From Elusimicrobiota bacterium (GTDB lineage: Bacteria; Elusimicrobiota; Elusimicrobia; Elusimicrobiales; UBA9959), in contig DAIENX010000055.1 in assembly GCA_027340875.1 (NCBI GenBank), positions 1 through 48,845 of the forward strand: 48,845 nt of DNA, in the 5' to 3' direction. Both the position numbers and the translations under genes were made by a program. Under the pieces are notes generated by a model. The model ran no database searches, was not told the origin of the DNA, and worked only from the letters and a program-made list of their open reading frames with translations. Positions within the stretch are counted from its first letter, which is position 1; every line of letters starts with the position of its first letter. Shown here piece after piece: positions 1 through 9,234 of the stretch.

Positions 1-880
1 ACTCCGGCGAGAACGGCATCATCTTGGACAGGCGCGCCAGCTCCTTCTCCGCGGCGGCCTCGGCCTCCTTGGACATCTTGGCGGCCTTGATGCGCTTCTC
101 TAGCTCGTCTATCTCCTTGGAGAAGTCGTCCTTCTGGTGCAGCTCCTTCTGGATCGCCTTCATCTGCTCGTTGAGATAGTATTCCTTCTGGGACTTCTCT
201 ATCTGCGTCTTCACGCGGGTGTGGATCTTCTGCTCGATGTCGAGTATCTCCACTTCCTTTGCGAGGAACTTTATCAGCTTCTCAAGACGCTCGGAGGGGC
301 TCTCCGTCTCGAGGACATCCTGCTTGTCGGGGAGGCTGAACATCGAGTTGGCGGCGATGGTGTCGGCCAGCTTCGCGGGATCCTCGATCTGCTGCAGCAT
401 CGAGGAGGAGTCCAGCGTTATCTTCGTGCCGAGCCTGACGTAGGCCTCGAAGACCTCGACGGCGTGGCGCATCAGCGCTATCACCTCCGGGGTCCGGGCA
501 TTGTCCTCCTCCGGATACCCGACCTCGGCCTGCAGGTAGGTGCCGGAGGCGTCCTGGGCGACCTTCGAGACGCGGGCCCGCCTGCGGCCTTCGAGGAAGA
601 CGCGCATCGTGCCGTCGGGCATCTTCAGGGACTGCGAGATGACGCTGACCACCCCGTACTGGTAGAGGTCCTCGGAGGCGGGGTCGTTGACGGAAGGCTT
701 CTTCTGCGCCAGGGCCAGGATATACTTGCCCGCGGCGAGCGAAGCCTCGATGGCGGCCACCGACTTGGGGCGGTCCACCGAGAGGGGGAGGGCCATGTAC
801 GGGAACATCACGACGTCCCTGATGGCTATGGCGGGCAGCGCCGCCGGGAAGGTCTGCTCTTTTTTTACGGTTTCTTCCAT
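1..880 (-). CDS. lon: ATP-dependent Lon protease, N-terminal part (runs off the window)
   Basis: Not in ORF track. Manual translation from ATG at 880: MEETVKKEQTFPAALPAIAIRDVVMFPYM...KMPDGTMRVFLEGRRRA...QIEKSQKEYYLNEQMKAIQKEL...ELARLSKMMPFSPE, matching the Lon N-domain and coiled-coil. Lies downstream of tig-clpP. Confidence 0.96.
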   Translation of the reverse strand, partial: MEETVKKEQTFPAALPAIAIRDVVMFPYMALPLSVDRPKSVAAIEASLAAGKYILALAQKKPSVNDPASEDLYQYGVVSVISQSLKMPDGTMRVFLEGRRRARVSKVAQDASGTYLQAEVGYPEEDNARTPEVIALMRHAVEVFEAYVRLGTKITLDSSSMLQQIEDPAKLADTIAANSMFSLPDKQDVLETESPSERLEKLIKFLAKEVEILDIEQKIHTRVKTQIEKSQKEYYLNEQMKAIQKELHQKDDFSKEIDELEKRIKAAKMSKEAEAAAEKELARLSKMMPFSPE

Positions 881-909
881 TGTATCGTACCTGGACCCAA
901 GCCCCCCGC

Positions 910-956
910 AAAAAAACAGCCGCGCCCCCGCCCCGGGAGGGGCGGGCGGGCGCGGA
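910..956 (-). terminator. Rho-independent terminator between clpP and lon
   Basis: Minus strand: GC-rich hairpin CCGCGCCCGCCCGCCCC-TCCC-GGGGCGGGGGCGCGG followed by CTGTTTTTTT. Confidence 0.7.
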
Positions 957-964
957 CGCGTGGC

Positions 965-1573
965 TTACTGCTTGCGGTGCTCTAGCACCGCGTCGATGAT
1001 ACCGTACTTCTGCGCGTCTGCGGCGGATAGGTAGAAGTTGCGCTCCATGTCGGCGCGCACCTTATCGGCCTTCTGACCGGTGTGCTTGGCCATGATCTCG
1101 ATGAGGCGGGTCTTGTTCTCCTGCATTTCCCTGCTCTCGATCTCGATGTCGGTGGCCTGACCCGAGATGCCGCCGCCCCAGATCAGGGGCTGGTGGATCA
1201 TGATGCGGGCGTTCGGCAGCGCGTAGCGCTTGCCCTTCGAGCCCGCGGCCAGCAGCACCGCGCCGAAGCTCATCGCCATGCCCATGCAGATCGTCGAGAT
1301 CGGGGCCTTGATAAACTGCATCGTGTCGTAGACCGCCAGGCCCGCCGTCACCATACCGCCGGGGGAGTTGATGTAGAGATTGATCTCCTTTTCCGGGTCC
1401 TCGGCGTCGAGGTACAGCAGCTGGGCGATCACGGTGTTGGCGGAGGCGGTGGACACCGCGCCCTCCGGGTCCGTTATGAAGATGATGCGGTCGCGCAGCA
1501 GGCGGGAGTATATGTCGTAGCCCACCATCGCGCCGGCGCCTTTCCAGGTCTCTATGATCGTAGGTATTATCAT
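965..1573 (-). CDS. clpP: ATP-dependent Clp protease proteolytic subunit (Ser-His-Asn triad variant)
   Basis: [26 protein letters not shown] (Ser102) and MIHQP (His127). The third triad position reads ERNFY (Asn179). Confidence 0.96.
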   Translation of the reverse strand: MIIPTIIETWKGAGAMVGYDIYSRLLRDRIIFITDPEGAVSTASANTVIAQLLYLDAEDPEKEINLYINSPGGMVTAGLAVYDTMQFIKAPISTICMGMAMSFGAVLLAAGSKGKRYALPNARIMIHQPLIWGGGISGQATDIEIESREMQENKTRLIEIMAKHTGQKADKVRADMERNFYLSAADAQKYGIIDAVLEHRKQ

Positions 1574-1598
1574 CAGTCCTCCTAAAAAGCCAGCGTTA

Positions 1599-2864
1599 CT
1601 AGACGTGCTCTTCCTTTATTACTGCCTTTTCCTTCACCAGCGCCATCGTCTTGCTCTCTACCATCGACGCGCGGATGTACTCCTTGCGCTTCTCGAACAG
1701 CTCCCTGCCCTTCGCCTTCTCCTCCTCGGTGTTAAGACGGGTCATGACCTTATCGAGCTCCGCGTTGAGCTCGGCGTCCGTCGCCTCGATCTTCTCCTTC
1801 TTGGCGATATGGTGGAGTATGTAGGTAAGGGAGAGATTGCGCTCCGCCACCGGCTTCAGGCGTTCAAGCATCGCGTCGTCGGGCAGGCGCTGCTCCAGCG
1901 GCGCGCGCTTCTTGAAGAGCTCCAGCAGCTCCTGCGCCTCTTCCTTCACCAGCGTGGGGGGGAGGGAGAGGGGATTGTTCTTGATCAGCGCGTCCTCGAG
2001 CTGGCCGAGCATCTCCTTCTCCGTCTTCTCGGTCGCCCCGTCCTCCAGCAGCTTCCGGACGTTGGATTTCAGCTCGTCCACCGTCTTTACGCCGGCTTCC
2101 TTCAGGAAGTTCTCGTCCAGCTCCGGCACGACCTTCCGCTTGATCTCCCTGACGGTCACCCTGAAATGCATCTTCTTGTCGCCGAACGGGGCGTCGAACT
2201 CACGCGTCTCGTCCTTCTTGGCGCCGGCCACCGCCTCGGCCAGGCCGGCGATGGTCTGCGGGCTGGAGAGGTCCACGATCTCGCCCTTGACCGAGCCGTC
2301 CTGCACGGGCTGGCCGTTCTCGAACGTATCGTAATCCACTATGACGAAGTGCGACTTGCCGGCCGCCTCGCCGTCGTCGGCGGGCTTCAGGTAGGCGTTG
2401 TACTCGCGGACCTGGGAAATGTACTTGTCGATCTCGGCGTCGGTGACCTTATGCAGCTTGCGGGTAGCGGCTATCTTCTCGTAGCCCTTCGGCTCTATGA
2501 GCGGGGAACACTCGAACTGTATCTCGAAGTACAGTTTCTTACCCTGCTCGTAAGAGACGTTCTTGAGCAACGGGGAGACGACGGGGGTCAGCTCCGAGGA
2601 TTTGATTATCTCCGGCAGAGCGGATTTGGCTGCGATGTCCAGGACCTCGTCCTTGACCATAGCAGGGAACTGCTCCTTGATCATGGCCAGGGGAACCTTG
2701 CCGACACGGAAGCCGGGCAGACTGACTACGCTCTGAAGACGCACCACGGCGGCCTGTGAAGCTTCCTCCAGGGCCTTGGGATCCAGCGTGACCCCGAATA
2801 TGTGCACGCAGCCTTCCTGCTTGATCTTCTTGATGCTGTCGCCGAAAACCATCGTGATCTTCAT
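1599..2864 (-). CDS. tig: Trigger factor
   Basis: Ribosome-binding signature [14 protein letters not shown]-like middle and VPELDENF. Start moved to ATG 2864 (GGAGG just upstream) because the longer ORF runs through tRNA-Leu. Confidence 0.93.
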   Translation of the reverse strand: MKITMVFGDSIKKIKQEGCVHIFGVTLDPKALEEASQAAVVRLQSVVSLPGFRVGKVPLAMIKEQFPAMVKDEVLDIAAKSALPEIIKSSELTPVVSPLLKNVSYEQGKKLYFEIQFECSPLIEPKGYEKIAATRKLHKVTDAEIDKYISQVREYNAYLKPADDGEAAGKSHFVIVDYDTFENGQPVQDGSVKGEIVDLSSPQTIAGLAEAVAGAKKDETREFDAPFGDKKMHFRVTVREIKRKVVPELDENFLKEAGVKTVDELKSNVRKLLEDGATEKTEKEMLGQLEDALIKNNPLSLPPTLVKEEAQELLELFKKRAPLEQRLPDDAMLERLKPVAERNLSLTYILHHIAKKEKIEATDAELNAELDKVMTRLNTEEEKAKGRELFEKRKEYIRASMVESKTMALVKEKAVIKEEHV

Positions 2865-2903
2865 GTTGCCTCCACTGTTAGCGCTGCGCGGCCCGCCCGG
2901 TAC

Positions 2904-2990
2904 TGGTGCCGGGACGGGGACTTGAACCCCGACGGGTGTTAACCCACATGGTCCTAAGCCATGCGCGTCTGCCGATTCCGCCATCCCGGC
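2904..2990 (-). tRNA. tRNA-Leu (anticodon TAG)
   Basis: GCCGGGATGGCGGAATCGGCAGACGCGCATGGCTTAGGACCATG...GGGGTTCAAGTCCCCGTCCCGGCACCA; long variable arm, CCA encoded, usual position upstream of tig. Confidence 0.96.
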
Positions 2991-3027
2991 CGAGTTCCGA
3001 GGCCCGGCCTGCGTGTTCAACGAACCG

Positions 3028-3104
3028 AAAAAAAAAGAGCAATGAGTTCTGAGTTTCCGGGGAGGTCGCGCCTTCGCCCTTTACTCGCCGACTACTCATT
3101 ACTC
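3028..3104 (-). terminator. Long hairpin plus U9 tract between tRNA-Lys and tRNA-Leu (terminator-like)
   Basis: Minus strand GAGTAATGAGT (3104-3094) pairs with ACTCATTGCTC (3047-3037), followed by TTTTTTTTT. Confidence 0.5.
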
Positions 3105-3122
3105 CGCTGCTAGAAAATCTTT

Positions 3123-3194
3123 TGGGCCATACGGGATTCGAACCTGTAACCTTACGCTTAAGAGGCGTCTGCTCTACCGTTGAGCTAATGGCCC
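3123..3194 (-). tRNA. tRNA-Lys (anticodon CTT)
   Basis: GGGCCATTAGCTCAACGGTAGAGCAGACGCCTCTTAAGCGTAAGGTTACAGGTTCGAATCCCGTATGGCCCA; CCA not encoded; one A-C mismatch in the T stem. Confidence 0.93.
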
Positions 3195-3202
3195 GTGCAA
3201 AT

Positions 3203-3208
3203 ATTATA
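3203..3208 (-). promoter_or_regulatory. sigma70 -10 box (TATAAT) for tRNA-Lys
   Basis: Perfect TATAAT 8 nt upstream of the tRNA 5' end in an AT-rich patch; -35 weak. Confidence 0.6.
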
Positions 3209-3281
3209 CATAAACCGGAAAAAAAACCAAAATTTTTTTCGATCCCGCCGGACGCGCGGCCTTCCATTGCGGCCGCATAAT

Positions 3282-3290
3282 TGCTAGATT
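3282..3290 (+). promoter_or_regulatory. Extended -10 promoter (TGcTAGATT) 8 nt before ATG 3299
   Basis: TGn plus TAGATT; no Shine-Dalgarno before the ATG. Confidence 0.45.
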
Positions 3291-3298
3291 TATTCCTT

Positions 3299-5332
3299 AT
3301 GACGACGTTCATCGCGGCGCTGTTGCTGGCGGGCTTAGGCACGTCACCGCTGAGCGCGCAGTCGGAGGACCTAGGCAAGACCTACTCCGACGCGGCCGCG
3401 CAATGGCTGGACGGCAGGCCGGAGGACGCCGTGGGAGCGTTGAAGTACGTGGTCTACCGCTCCTCCGACCAGGCGCTGGCCACGGCGGCCCTGAGGGACC
3501 TGGCGGTGCTGCTGGCCGAGGACGGCAAGAACGGCGAGGCTCTGGCGTACCTCGCCAAGGGCGAGATACTCTCACCGGAAGATTTCTATATCCACTTCGA
3601 GAAAGGCTGGAACCTCCTCGGGCTGGAGAAGTACCAGGACGCCAGGGCCTCCTTCGAGAAAGCGCTCACCCTGACGGCCGACCAGGACCTCACCAGCCAG
3701 GCCCGCCTCGGCATGGCCATGGCGGAGGCGGAGCTGGGGGGGCCGGCCGCCTCGATAGACGACCTCCACTCCGTCTACGGACGCTATCCATATCTGCTAT
3801 CCCCCGCGGCACAGCTGATCAGCGAGAACCTCGTGCGTCTCAAAAAGCGGCCTCACGCCCTTAACTTCATCAAGGAAGCCCTCACCTACGACCCGCGCAA
3901 TATCCAGGCGGAGATAGATCTCGCCGGGCTCTACGACGACTCCGACTACCAGACCCAGGCCTGGCAGACGTATTACACCCTCTCGGACCTGGACCCGGAG
4001 GACGGATATTTCGCCGCGAAGGAGAGGAAGTTCCGCAAGTACGTGAAGGGAAAGCTGGACGATCTGCTCTACTGGGCGCGGCTGGCCTGGCCGGCCCATA
4101 AGCACCCTGTGCCGCAGAACGGCGCGAAGATAAAGCTGGGCCTCTACGCCGACAAGAACGGCGTTCCGGCCGTGGTAAAAAGCTTCAGGTTCATATCGGT
4201 CTCCGACTTCAACATAATCGATACCCGGCTGGGGCAGGTGGCTGGCGGCAGGGGCGGAATGCAGTGGACGGTCTCTTACGACGAGACCAACCGCATCTAC
4301 GAGATACGGGACAGCATGAACTCCGTGGCGCACTCCACGCGCAACAGCCTCCGCATAGTGCCGAAAGTTCCCGGCAGCGTCATACTTATCAAGAACCCCG
4401 ACCTCGGCGACGCTCACGGCATCAACAGATCCGACAAGGAAGTCTCCGGCGAGCTGCTCGCCCTGGTGAAGGAGAAGGGGTTCTGGCTGATCGACGAGAC
4501 CGCGCTCGAGACACTGGTGAGCCCCGTCAGCGCCCATCTTGCCGGCACCTCGCGTCTGCCCGAGCAGTTGAAGGCCATCGCCGTGGTGGTCCGCACCCGC
4601 CTGACGCGCCTGGCCCGTCAGCTGTCCCATGACAGCCGCGAGTATAACCTGTGCGACTCCGCCCACTGCCTCCCGTTCCTTGGTCTGCAGACTGAGAACT
4701 CGGTCTCGGCGAAGGCCGCCGCGGACACCGCCGGCGAGACGCTCTCCTCAGGCGGAGCTCTGGCCCCTGCCGCCCTGCACAAGGCCTGCGGCGGCTTCAC
4801 CAGTTCCGGCGCCAACGATGGAGGCCGGCCGCTGCCCAAGCTTACCCCTTTCACCCTGTACGACTACACTTTGCGAGCGCCTCCGGACGGCCTGCTCTGT
4901 CTCGCCGAGGACAAGACCGAAAGCTCCGACGTCTATTGGACCCTGCTGCTGCAGCCGCGCTGGATCGAGGACCGCGTCAACCGCATAAAGAAGGTCGGCT
5001 ACATCAAGGCCATCGTCCCGCTGGCGCGCAACGCCGACGGCAAGATAAGGGCCATAAGGATAGACGGCACGGCGGGCTCGGCCCAGGTGGAAGGCCGGGA
5101 GGAGATCTCCTTCGTGCTCGGCGCCGGCGCCGTGCGTTCGGCCTTCTTCAGCATCCGTCCCGTCTTCAAGGGGAAATACCCCAGGTTCTTCATGCTGCGC
5201 GGCATCGGCACCGGCGACGGGGACGGCCTGTGCCTGCTGGGCTCGCGCGGCATGGCCAAGTCGCTCGGCTCGAAATACCGGGACATCCTGAGCCACTATT
5301 TTCCATTATATAAGGTAGGGAAGACCCGCTAG
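3299..5332 (+). CDS. Secreted TPR-repeat plus SpoIID/LytB-domain protein (degenerate active site)
   Basis: Signal peptide and TPR repeats (e.g. KGWNLLGLEKYQDARASFEKAL). SpoIID-like motifs EQLKAIAVVVRT, LCDSAHC, HKACGGFT, GIGTGDGDGLC...MAK...YRDILSHYFP. Start set at ATG 3299 rather than TTG 3281. Confidence 0.82.
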   Translation: MTTFIAALLLAGLGTSPLSAQSEDLGKTYSDAAAQWLDGRPEDAVGALKYVVYRSSDQALATAALRDLAVLLAEDGKNGEALAYLAKGEILSPEDFYIHFEKGWNLLGLEKYQDARASFEKALTLTADQDLTSQARLGMAMAEAELGGPAASIDDLHSVYGRYPYLLSPAAQLISENLVRLKKRPHALNFIKEALTYDPRNIQAEIDLAGLYDDSDYQTQAWQTYYTLSDLDPEDGYFAAKERKFRKYVKGKLDDLLYWARLAWPAHKHPVPQNGAKIKLGLYADKNGVPAVVKSFRFISVSDFNIIDTRLGQVAGGRGGMQWTVSYDETNRIYEIRDSMNSVAHSTRNSLRIVPKVPGSVILIKNPDLGDAHGINRSDKEVSGELLALVKEKGFWLIDETALETLVSPVSAHLAGTSRLPEQLKAIAVVVRTRLTRLARQLSHDSREYNLCDSAHCLPFLGLQTENSVSAKAAADTAGETLSSGGALAPAALHKACGGFTSSGANDGGRPLPKLTPFTLYDYTLRAPPDGLLCLAEDKTESSDVYWTLLLQPRWIEDRVNRIKKVGYIKAIVPLARNADGKIRAIRIDGTAGSAQVEGREEISFVLGAGAVRSAFFSIRPVFKGKYPRFFMLRGIGTGDGDGLCLLGSRGMAKSLGSKYRDILSHYFPLYKVGKTR

Positions 5333-5339
5333 GGGCCCG

Positions 5340-6482
5340 ATGGAAAAGGCAGTACACATAATCACCCGCCTGGATTTCGGCGGGGCTCAGGGCAACACGC
5401 TCTATACGGCCGCGCACCTGGACAGGGCCCGTTTCGAGCCGCTGATAATAACCGGCCGCGGCGGCATACTGGACGGAGAGGCTCCGCCCGGCCTCCTGCT
5501 AGAATCCCGCTATCTGGCGCGCAGCATAAACCCCTGGAAGGACGCGGCCGCCTTCTTCGAGCTGAGAAGCATGCTGAAGGAGCTGAGGCCGGCGCTGGTC
5601 CATACGCACTCCTCCAAAGCCGGAATACTGGGCCGCCTCGCCGCGGCCTCGGCCGGAGTACCGGTAATAATCCACACCTTCCACGGCTTCGGCTTCCATC
5701 CCCGGCAGAACTTCCTTGTCCGCTCCCTCTATGTCGCCCTGGAGAAGTTCTGCGCCAGATTCTGCGACGCGCTGGTGTTCGTCTCAAGGGCGAACATGGA
5801 GACCGCCAGGCAGGCCGGGATAGGCCGCCAGGCGCAGTATCGCCTGATACGCAGCGGCGTAAAGCTCTCCAACTATCCAGCCACCGGGCGGGCGGCCCGG
5901 AGAGCCGAGTTCGGCTTCGCCGCAGACAACGTGGTGGTGGTAAGTATCGGCAACGCCAAGCCGCAGAAGAACCCGGGCGCCTTCCTGGCCGCCGCTGCCA
6001 GGCTGGCCGCGGCCCACCCTCGCGCGAGGTTCCTCTTCGTCGGCGGCGGGGAGTCGCTGGACAGCCTGAGGGCCGGGGCCAGGGAGTTGGGACTTGAGAA
6101 GACATGCATCTTCACCGGCTGGCGCAAGGATACTCCCGAACTGCTGGCCGCCGGAGACATCTTCGCGCTGACCTCGCTGTGGGAAGGCCTGCCCCGCAGC
6201 CTTGTAGAGGCCATGCGCACAGGGCTGCCGTCCGTCTGCTACCTCACCGACGGGGTCGCGGACATACTGCAGGACGGGCGCAACGGCTTCGCCGTGAAGC
6301 AGGGGGACCTGGACGCCTTCTGCGCCGCGCTTTCCCGCCTCATCTCCGACGAAGACCTCCGGGGCAGGCTCGCGGCCGGAGCCGCGGCGGCCGACCTGGC
6401 GGAATTCGACATAGATTTCATGGTCCGCAGCCAGGAAGAGCTCTATTCGGAGCTGCTGAGGGGAAAAGGGGCGAATCGATGA
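5340..6482 (+). CDS. Glycosyltransferase family 4 (GT-B)
   Basis: HIITRLDFGGAQ, VHTHSSKAGILGR, HTFHG, TSLWEGLPRSLVEAM. Confidence 0.92.
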   Translation: MEKAVHIITRLDFGGAQGNTLYTAAHLDRARFEPLIITGRGGILDGEAPPGLLLESRYLARSINPWKDAAAFFELRSMLKELRPALVHTHSSKAGILGRLAAASAGVPVIIHTFHGFGFHPRQNFLVRSLYVALEKFCARFCDALVFVSRANMETARQAGIGRQAQYRLIRSGVKLSNYPATGRAARRAEFGFAADNVVVVSIGNAKPQKNPGAFLAAAARLAAAHPRARFLFVGGGESLDSLRAGARELGLEKTCIFTGWRKDTPELLAAGDIFALTSLWEGLPRSLVEAMRTGLPSVCYLTDGVADILQDGRNGFAVKQGDLDAFCAALSRLISDEDLRGRLAAGAAAADLAEFDIDFMVRSQEELYSELLRGKGANR

Positions 6483-7429
6483 GCGTACTAGTATCGGCGG
6501 TAGTACCCGTCTTCAACGAGAAGGGGAGCCTTGAGGCTTTCGAGAAGGAGCTCTCGGCCTCGCTGGCCGCCCTGAGGAGACCTTACGAGATAATCTGGGT
6601 GGACGACGGCAGCACCGACGGCTCTTTCCAGCTGCTGCGCGGCTTCTCCGGCAGGCCCAGGCAGCGCGCGCTGCGGCTGGCGAAGAACTACGGCCAGACC
6701 GCGGCCATGGCCGCCGGCATAGCCGAGGCGAGGGGAGAGTGGATAGTGACCCTGGACGCCGACGGACAGAACGATCCGGACGACATACAGCGCCTGCTGG
6801 CCGCCGCGGCCGGCGGCGCCGACGTTGTAAGCGGCTGGCGCCGCAGGAGGAACGACCCTTTCCTCACCAGGGTGCTCCCGTCCCGCGCGGCCAACGCCGT
6901 CATCTCCGCGGTCACGGGCCTTAAGCTGCACGACTTCGGATGCACTCTCAAGGTGTACCGCGCCGCCCTGCTGAAGGAAGCGGACCTGTACGGCGAGATG
7001 CACCGTTTCCTGCCGGCCATACTCGCCTACGCCGGAGCATCCGTCTCCGAGCTGGAGGTCAACCACCGGCCGCGCGGGGCCGGCCGCTCGAAGTACGGAC
7101 TGGCGCGGACGTTCAAGGTGCTGCTGGACCTGCTGACGGTCAAGTTCATGGGGGATTTCATCACCAAGCCGATCTACCTTTTCGGCGGGATCAGCATGGC
7201 GCTGCTGGCGTCCTCGGCGCTGATGGCCGCGTACACCCTGTACAACAAGTTCTGGAACGCCATATACGTCAAGGACCAGCCCCTCTTCCTGCTGTCCATC
7301 TTCTTCGCCCTGGTCGGCGTCCAGTTCGCGGTCCTCGGGCTGATCGCGGAGGTGCTGATCCGCACCTACCATTCCTCCAGCAGGAAGCCTCCTTACGCCG
7401 TGGCGGAAAAGGCCGGGGAAGCCTGTTGA
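6479..7429 (+). CDS. Glycosyltransferase family 2 (polyprenol-phosphate sugar transferase / ArnC-like)
   Basis: VVPVFNE, VDDGSTDGS, NYGQTAA, LDADGQNDP, DFGCTLKVYR, GEMHRFLP and two C-terminal TM helices. ATGA overlap with the GT4 stop. Confidence 0.92.
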   Translation: MSVLVSAVVPVFNEKGSLEAFEKELSASLAALRRPYEIIWVDDGSTDGSFQLLRGFSGRPRQRALRLAKNYGQTAAMAAGIAEARGEWIVTLDADGQNDPDDIQRLLAAAAGGADVVSGWRRRRNDPFLTRVLPSRAANAVISAVTGLKLHDFGCTLKVYRAALLKEADLYGEMHRFLPAILAYAGASVSELEVNHRPRGAGRSKYGLARTFKVLLDLLTVKFMGDFITKPIYLFGGISMALLASSALMAAYTLYNKFWNAIYVKDQPLFLLSIFFALVGVQFAVLGLIAEVLIRTYHSSSRKPPYAVAEKAGEAC

Positions 7430-7454
7430 CCGGCGGCGGCAATATTGGTATCTT
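7426..7454 (+). promoter_or_regulatory. sigma70 promoter of the yceD-rpmF-plsX-fabG-acpP-rnc operon
   Basis: TTGACC (7426-7431), 17 nt, TATCTT (7449-7454) with TGn extension; ATG 8 nt downstream. Confidence 0.65.
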
Positions 7455-7462
7455 TTGCTCCC

Positions 7463-7954
7463 ATGACACAGAACGACCAACTGGTATTCAAGTACGCGGA
7501 CATCAAGGAGGCGGGCGGCCTGAACGTTACGCTGAAGCTGTCCGCCGCCGCGTACGCGGACGCCTTCGAGGCGCCGGCGAAGCCGAAGGAGCTCAGCGCG
7601 GAGCTGGACTTCTCCGTCGGCGGGGATTCGATCCTGCTGGAGGGGAGGATCACGGCGGAACTGGAGCTGGAATGCTCCCGCTGCGGCGACCCGATCCGCA
7701 GGATATTCAGCGACTCTTTTGACGAGGTATACCCGGATTCGCTAGAATATATAGATACGCGCGAAGTAATAAGGGAGACTGCGGGCCTCCTCGTGCCTAT
7801 AAAGGTCCTTTGCTCGGACGACTGCAAGGGGCGCTGCCCGGTCTGCGGAGGGAACCGCAACAGGAAAGCCTGCGGCTGCAGGACCGAGAGGGCCGGGTCG
7901 TTCGATGCCCTGAAGGATTTCAAACCGGGCAAGCCCGGTGGAGACAAGATCTAG
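7463..7954 (+). CDS. yceD: YceD/DUF177 family protein
   Basis: ECSRC...LCSDDCKGRCPVCGGNRN..CGC motif pattern, directly upstream of rpmF. Confidence 0.88.
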   Translation: MTQNDQLVFKYADIKEAGGLNVTLKLSAAAYADAFEAPAKPKELSAELDFSVGGDSILLEGRITAELELECSRCGDPIRRIFSDSFDEVYPDSLEYIDTREVIRETAGLLVPIKVLCSDDCKGRCPVCGGNRNRKACGCRTERAGSFDALKDFKPGKPGGDKI

Positions 7955-7974
7955 CTTAACAGAGAGGAACAACC

Positions 7975-8187
7975 ATGCCTAATCCTAAACGTAAACACAC
8001 ACCCATGCGCAGGGATAAGCGCAGGGCGCAGAACTGGAAGCTCGAGGTGAACTCGCTGGCCGCCTGCGGCCAGTGCGGCGCTCTGCGCCTGCCTCACCGC
8101 GTCTGCCCTTCCTGCGGCTCCTACAACGGCAAGATCGAGGTGGCGCAGAAGGCCCCGAAGGGCGAAGAAGGCAAGGAAACGAAATAA
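7975..8187 (+). CDS. rpmF: 50S ribosomal protein L32
   Basis: MPNPKRKH...RRDKRRA, zinc ribbon CGQCG...PHRVCPSCGSYNG; SD GAGG. Confidence 0.96.
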   Translation: MPNPKRKHTPMRRDKRRAQNWKLEVNSLAACGQCGALRLPHRVCPSCGSYNGKIEVAQKAPKGEEGKETK

Positions 8188-8205
8188 CCGGCCGCGGAAG
8201 CAGCA

Positions 8206-9234
8206 ATGCGCATAGCGCTCGACGCCCACGGCGGTGATTTCGGCCTCAAGCCCAACATAGAAGGGGCTCTGGCGGCCGTTCACAAGCTTTCCCACGAGGT
8301 GATCCTCGTCGGGAAGGATCCCGAGATCAGGGAGGAGCTGCGCCGTCACGGCGCGGAGGCCCCGAAGGGGATCTCCATCGTGCACGCCCCGCAGACCGTG
8401 GACATGGCGGGAGAGCCGGTCGAGGAATGCCGCTCCAAGCCGGATTCCTCGCTGATGGTGGGCGCCGGACTGGTCGCCGAGGGGAAGGCGGACGCCTTCA
8501 TCTCCGCCGGCAATTCCGGGGCCATCATGGTGGCCTCGCTGCTCAGCCTCAAGCGCATACCCGGCGTCATCAGGCCGGCCATAGCCGCCCCGCTGCCGAC
8601 CGCCAAGGGGACCACTCTGCTGCTGGACGCCGGCGCGAACATGGACTGCAAGCCCTGGCATCTGGCCCAGTTCGCGGTCATGGGCTCCATCTACATGAGG
8701 TCCCTGTTTAAGCTGGACAACCCCTCCGTCGGCCTGCTTTCCGTCGGTGAGGAAGAGACCAAGGGCGACTCGCTGGTACAGGAGACCCTGCCGCTGATCA
8801 AAGGCGTGGGGGTCAACTTCTACGGCCCGGTCGAGGGGCGGGACATACCCGAGGGCGTCACCGATGTGGTGGTGGCCGACGGCTTCAACGGCAACGTGGT
8901 CCTTAAGCTCTACGAAGGGACCGGCAAGGTCATCTTCAAGATGCTGAAGGACCAGATCATGCGCAAGTTCACCTACAAGATAGGCGCGATGCTGATGCGC
9001 AAGCTTTTCGCCGAGATGAAAGCCAAGATGAGCGTGGACGCCTACGGCGGCGCGCCGCTGCTCGGGGTCAACGGCGTGGTCCTCGTCTGCCACGGCCGCG
9101 TCAGCCCGACCGCCGTCTTCAACGCCATACGGGTGGCGGGCGAGCTGGCCTCCTCCGGCATGGTCACGGCCATCAAGATACAGATGGACAAGGTCAAGGA
9201 GAAGATCTCCGCCGCCAAGGAGGCCGGGAAATGA
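8206..9234 (+). CDS. plsX: Phosphate acyltransferase PlsX
   Basis: RIALDAHGGD, SAGNSGA, RPAIA, LDAGAN, VGEEETKG, DGFNGNVVLK, YGGAPLLGVNG, HGR. Confidence 0.96.
   Translation: MRIALDAHGGDFGLKPNIEGALAAVHKLSHEVILVGKDPEIREELRRHGAEAPKGISIVHAPQTVDMAGEPVEECRSKPDSSLMVGAGLVAEGKADAFISAGNSGAIMVASLLSLKRIPGVIRPAIAAPLPTAKGTTLLLDAGANMDCKPWHLAQFAVMGSIYMRSLFKLDNPSVGLLSVGEEETKGDSLVQETLPLIKGVGVNFYGPVEGRDIPEGVTDVVVADGFNGNVVLKLYEGTGKVIFKMLKDQIMRKFTYKIGAMLMRKLFAEMKAKMSVDAYGGAPLLGVNGVVLVCHGRVSPTAVFNAIRVAGELASSGMVTAIKIQMDKVKEKISAAKEAGK

Noticed and set aside
2865..3020. N-terminal extension of tig in the ORF track
   Set aside because: Overlaps tRNA-Leu; an SD-preceded ATG lies at 2864.
2904..3194. tRNAs as integration sites of a genomic island
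   Set aside because: No integrase and no duplicated tRNA 3' end seen in the window.
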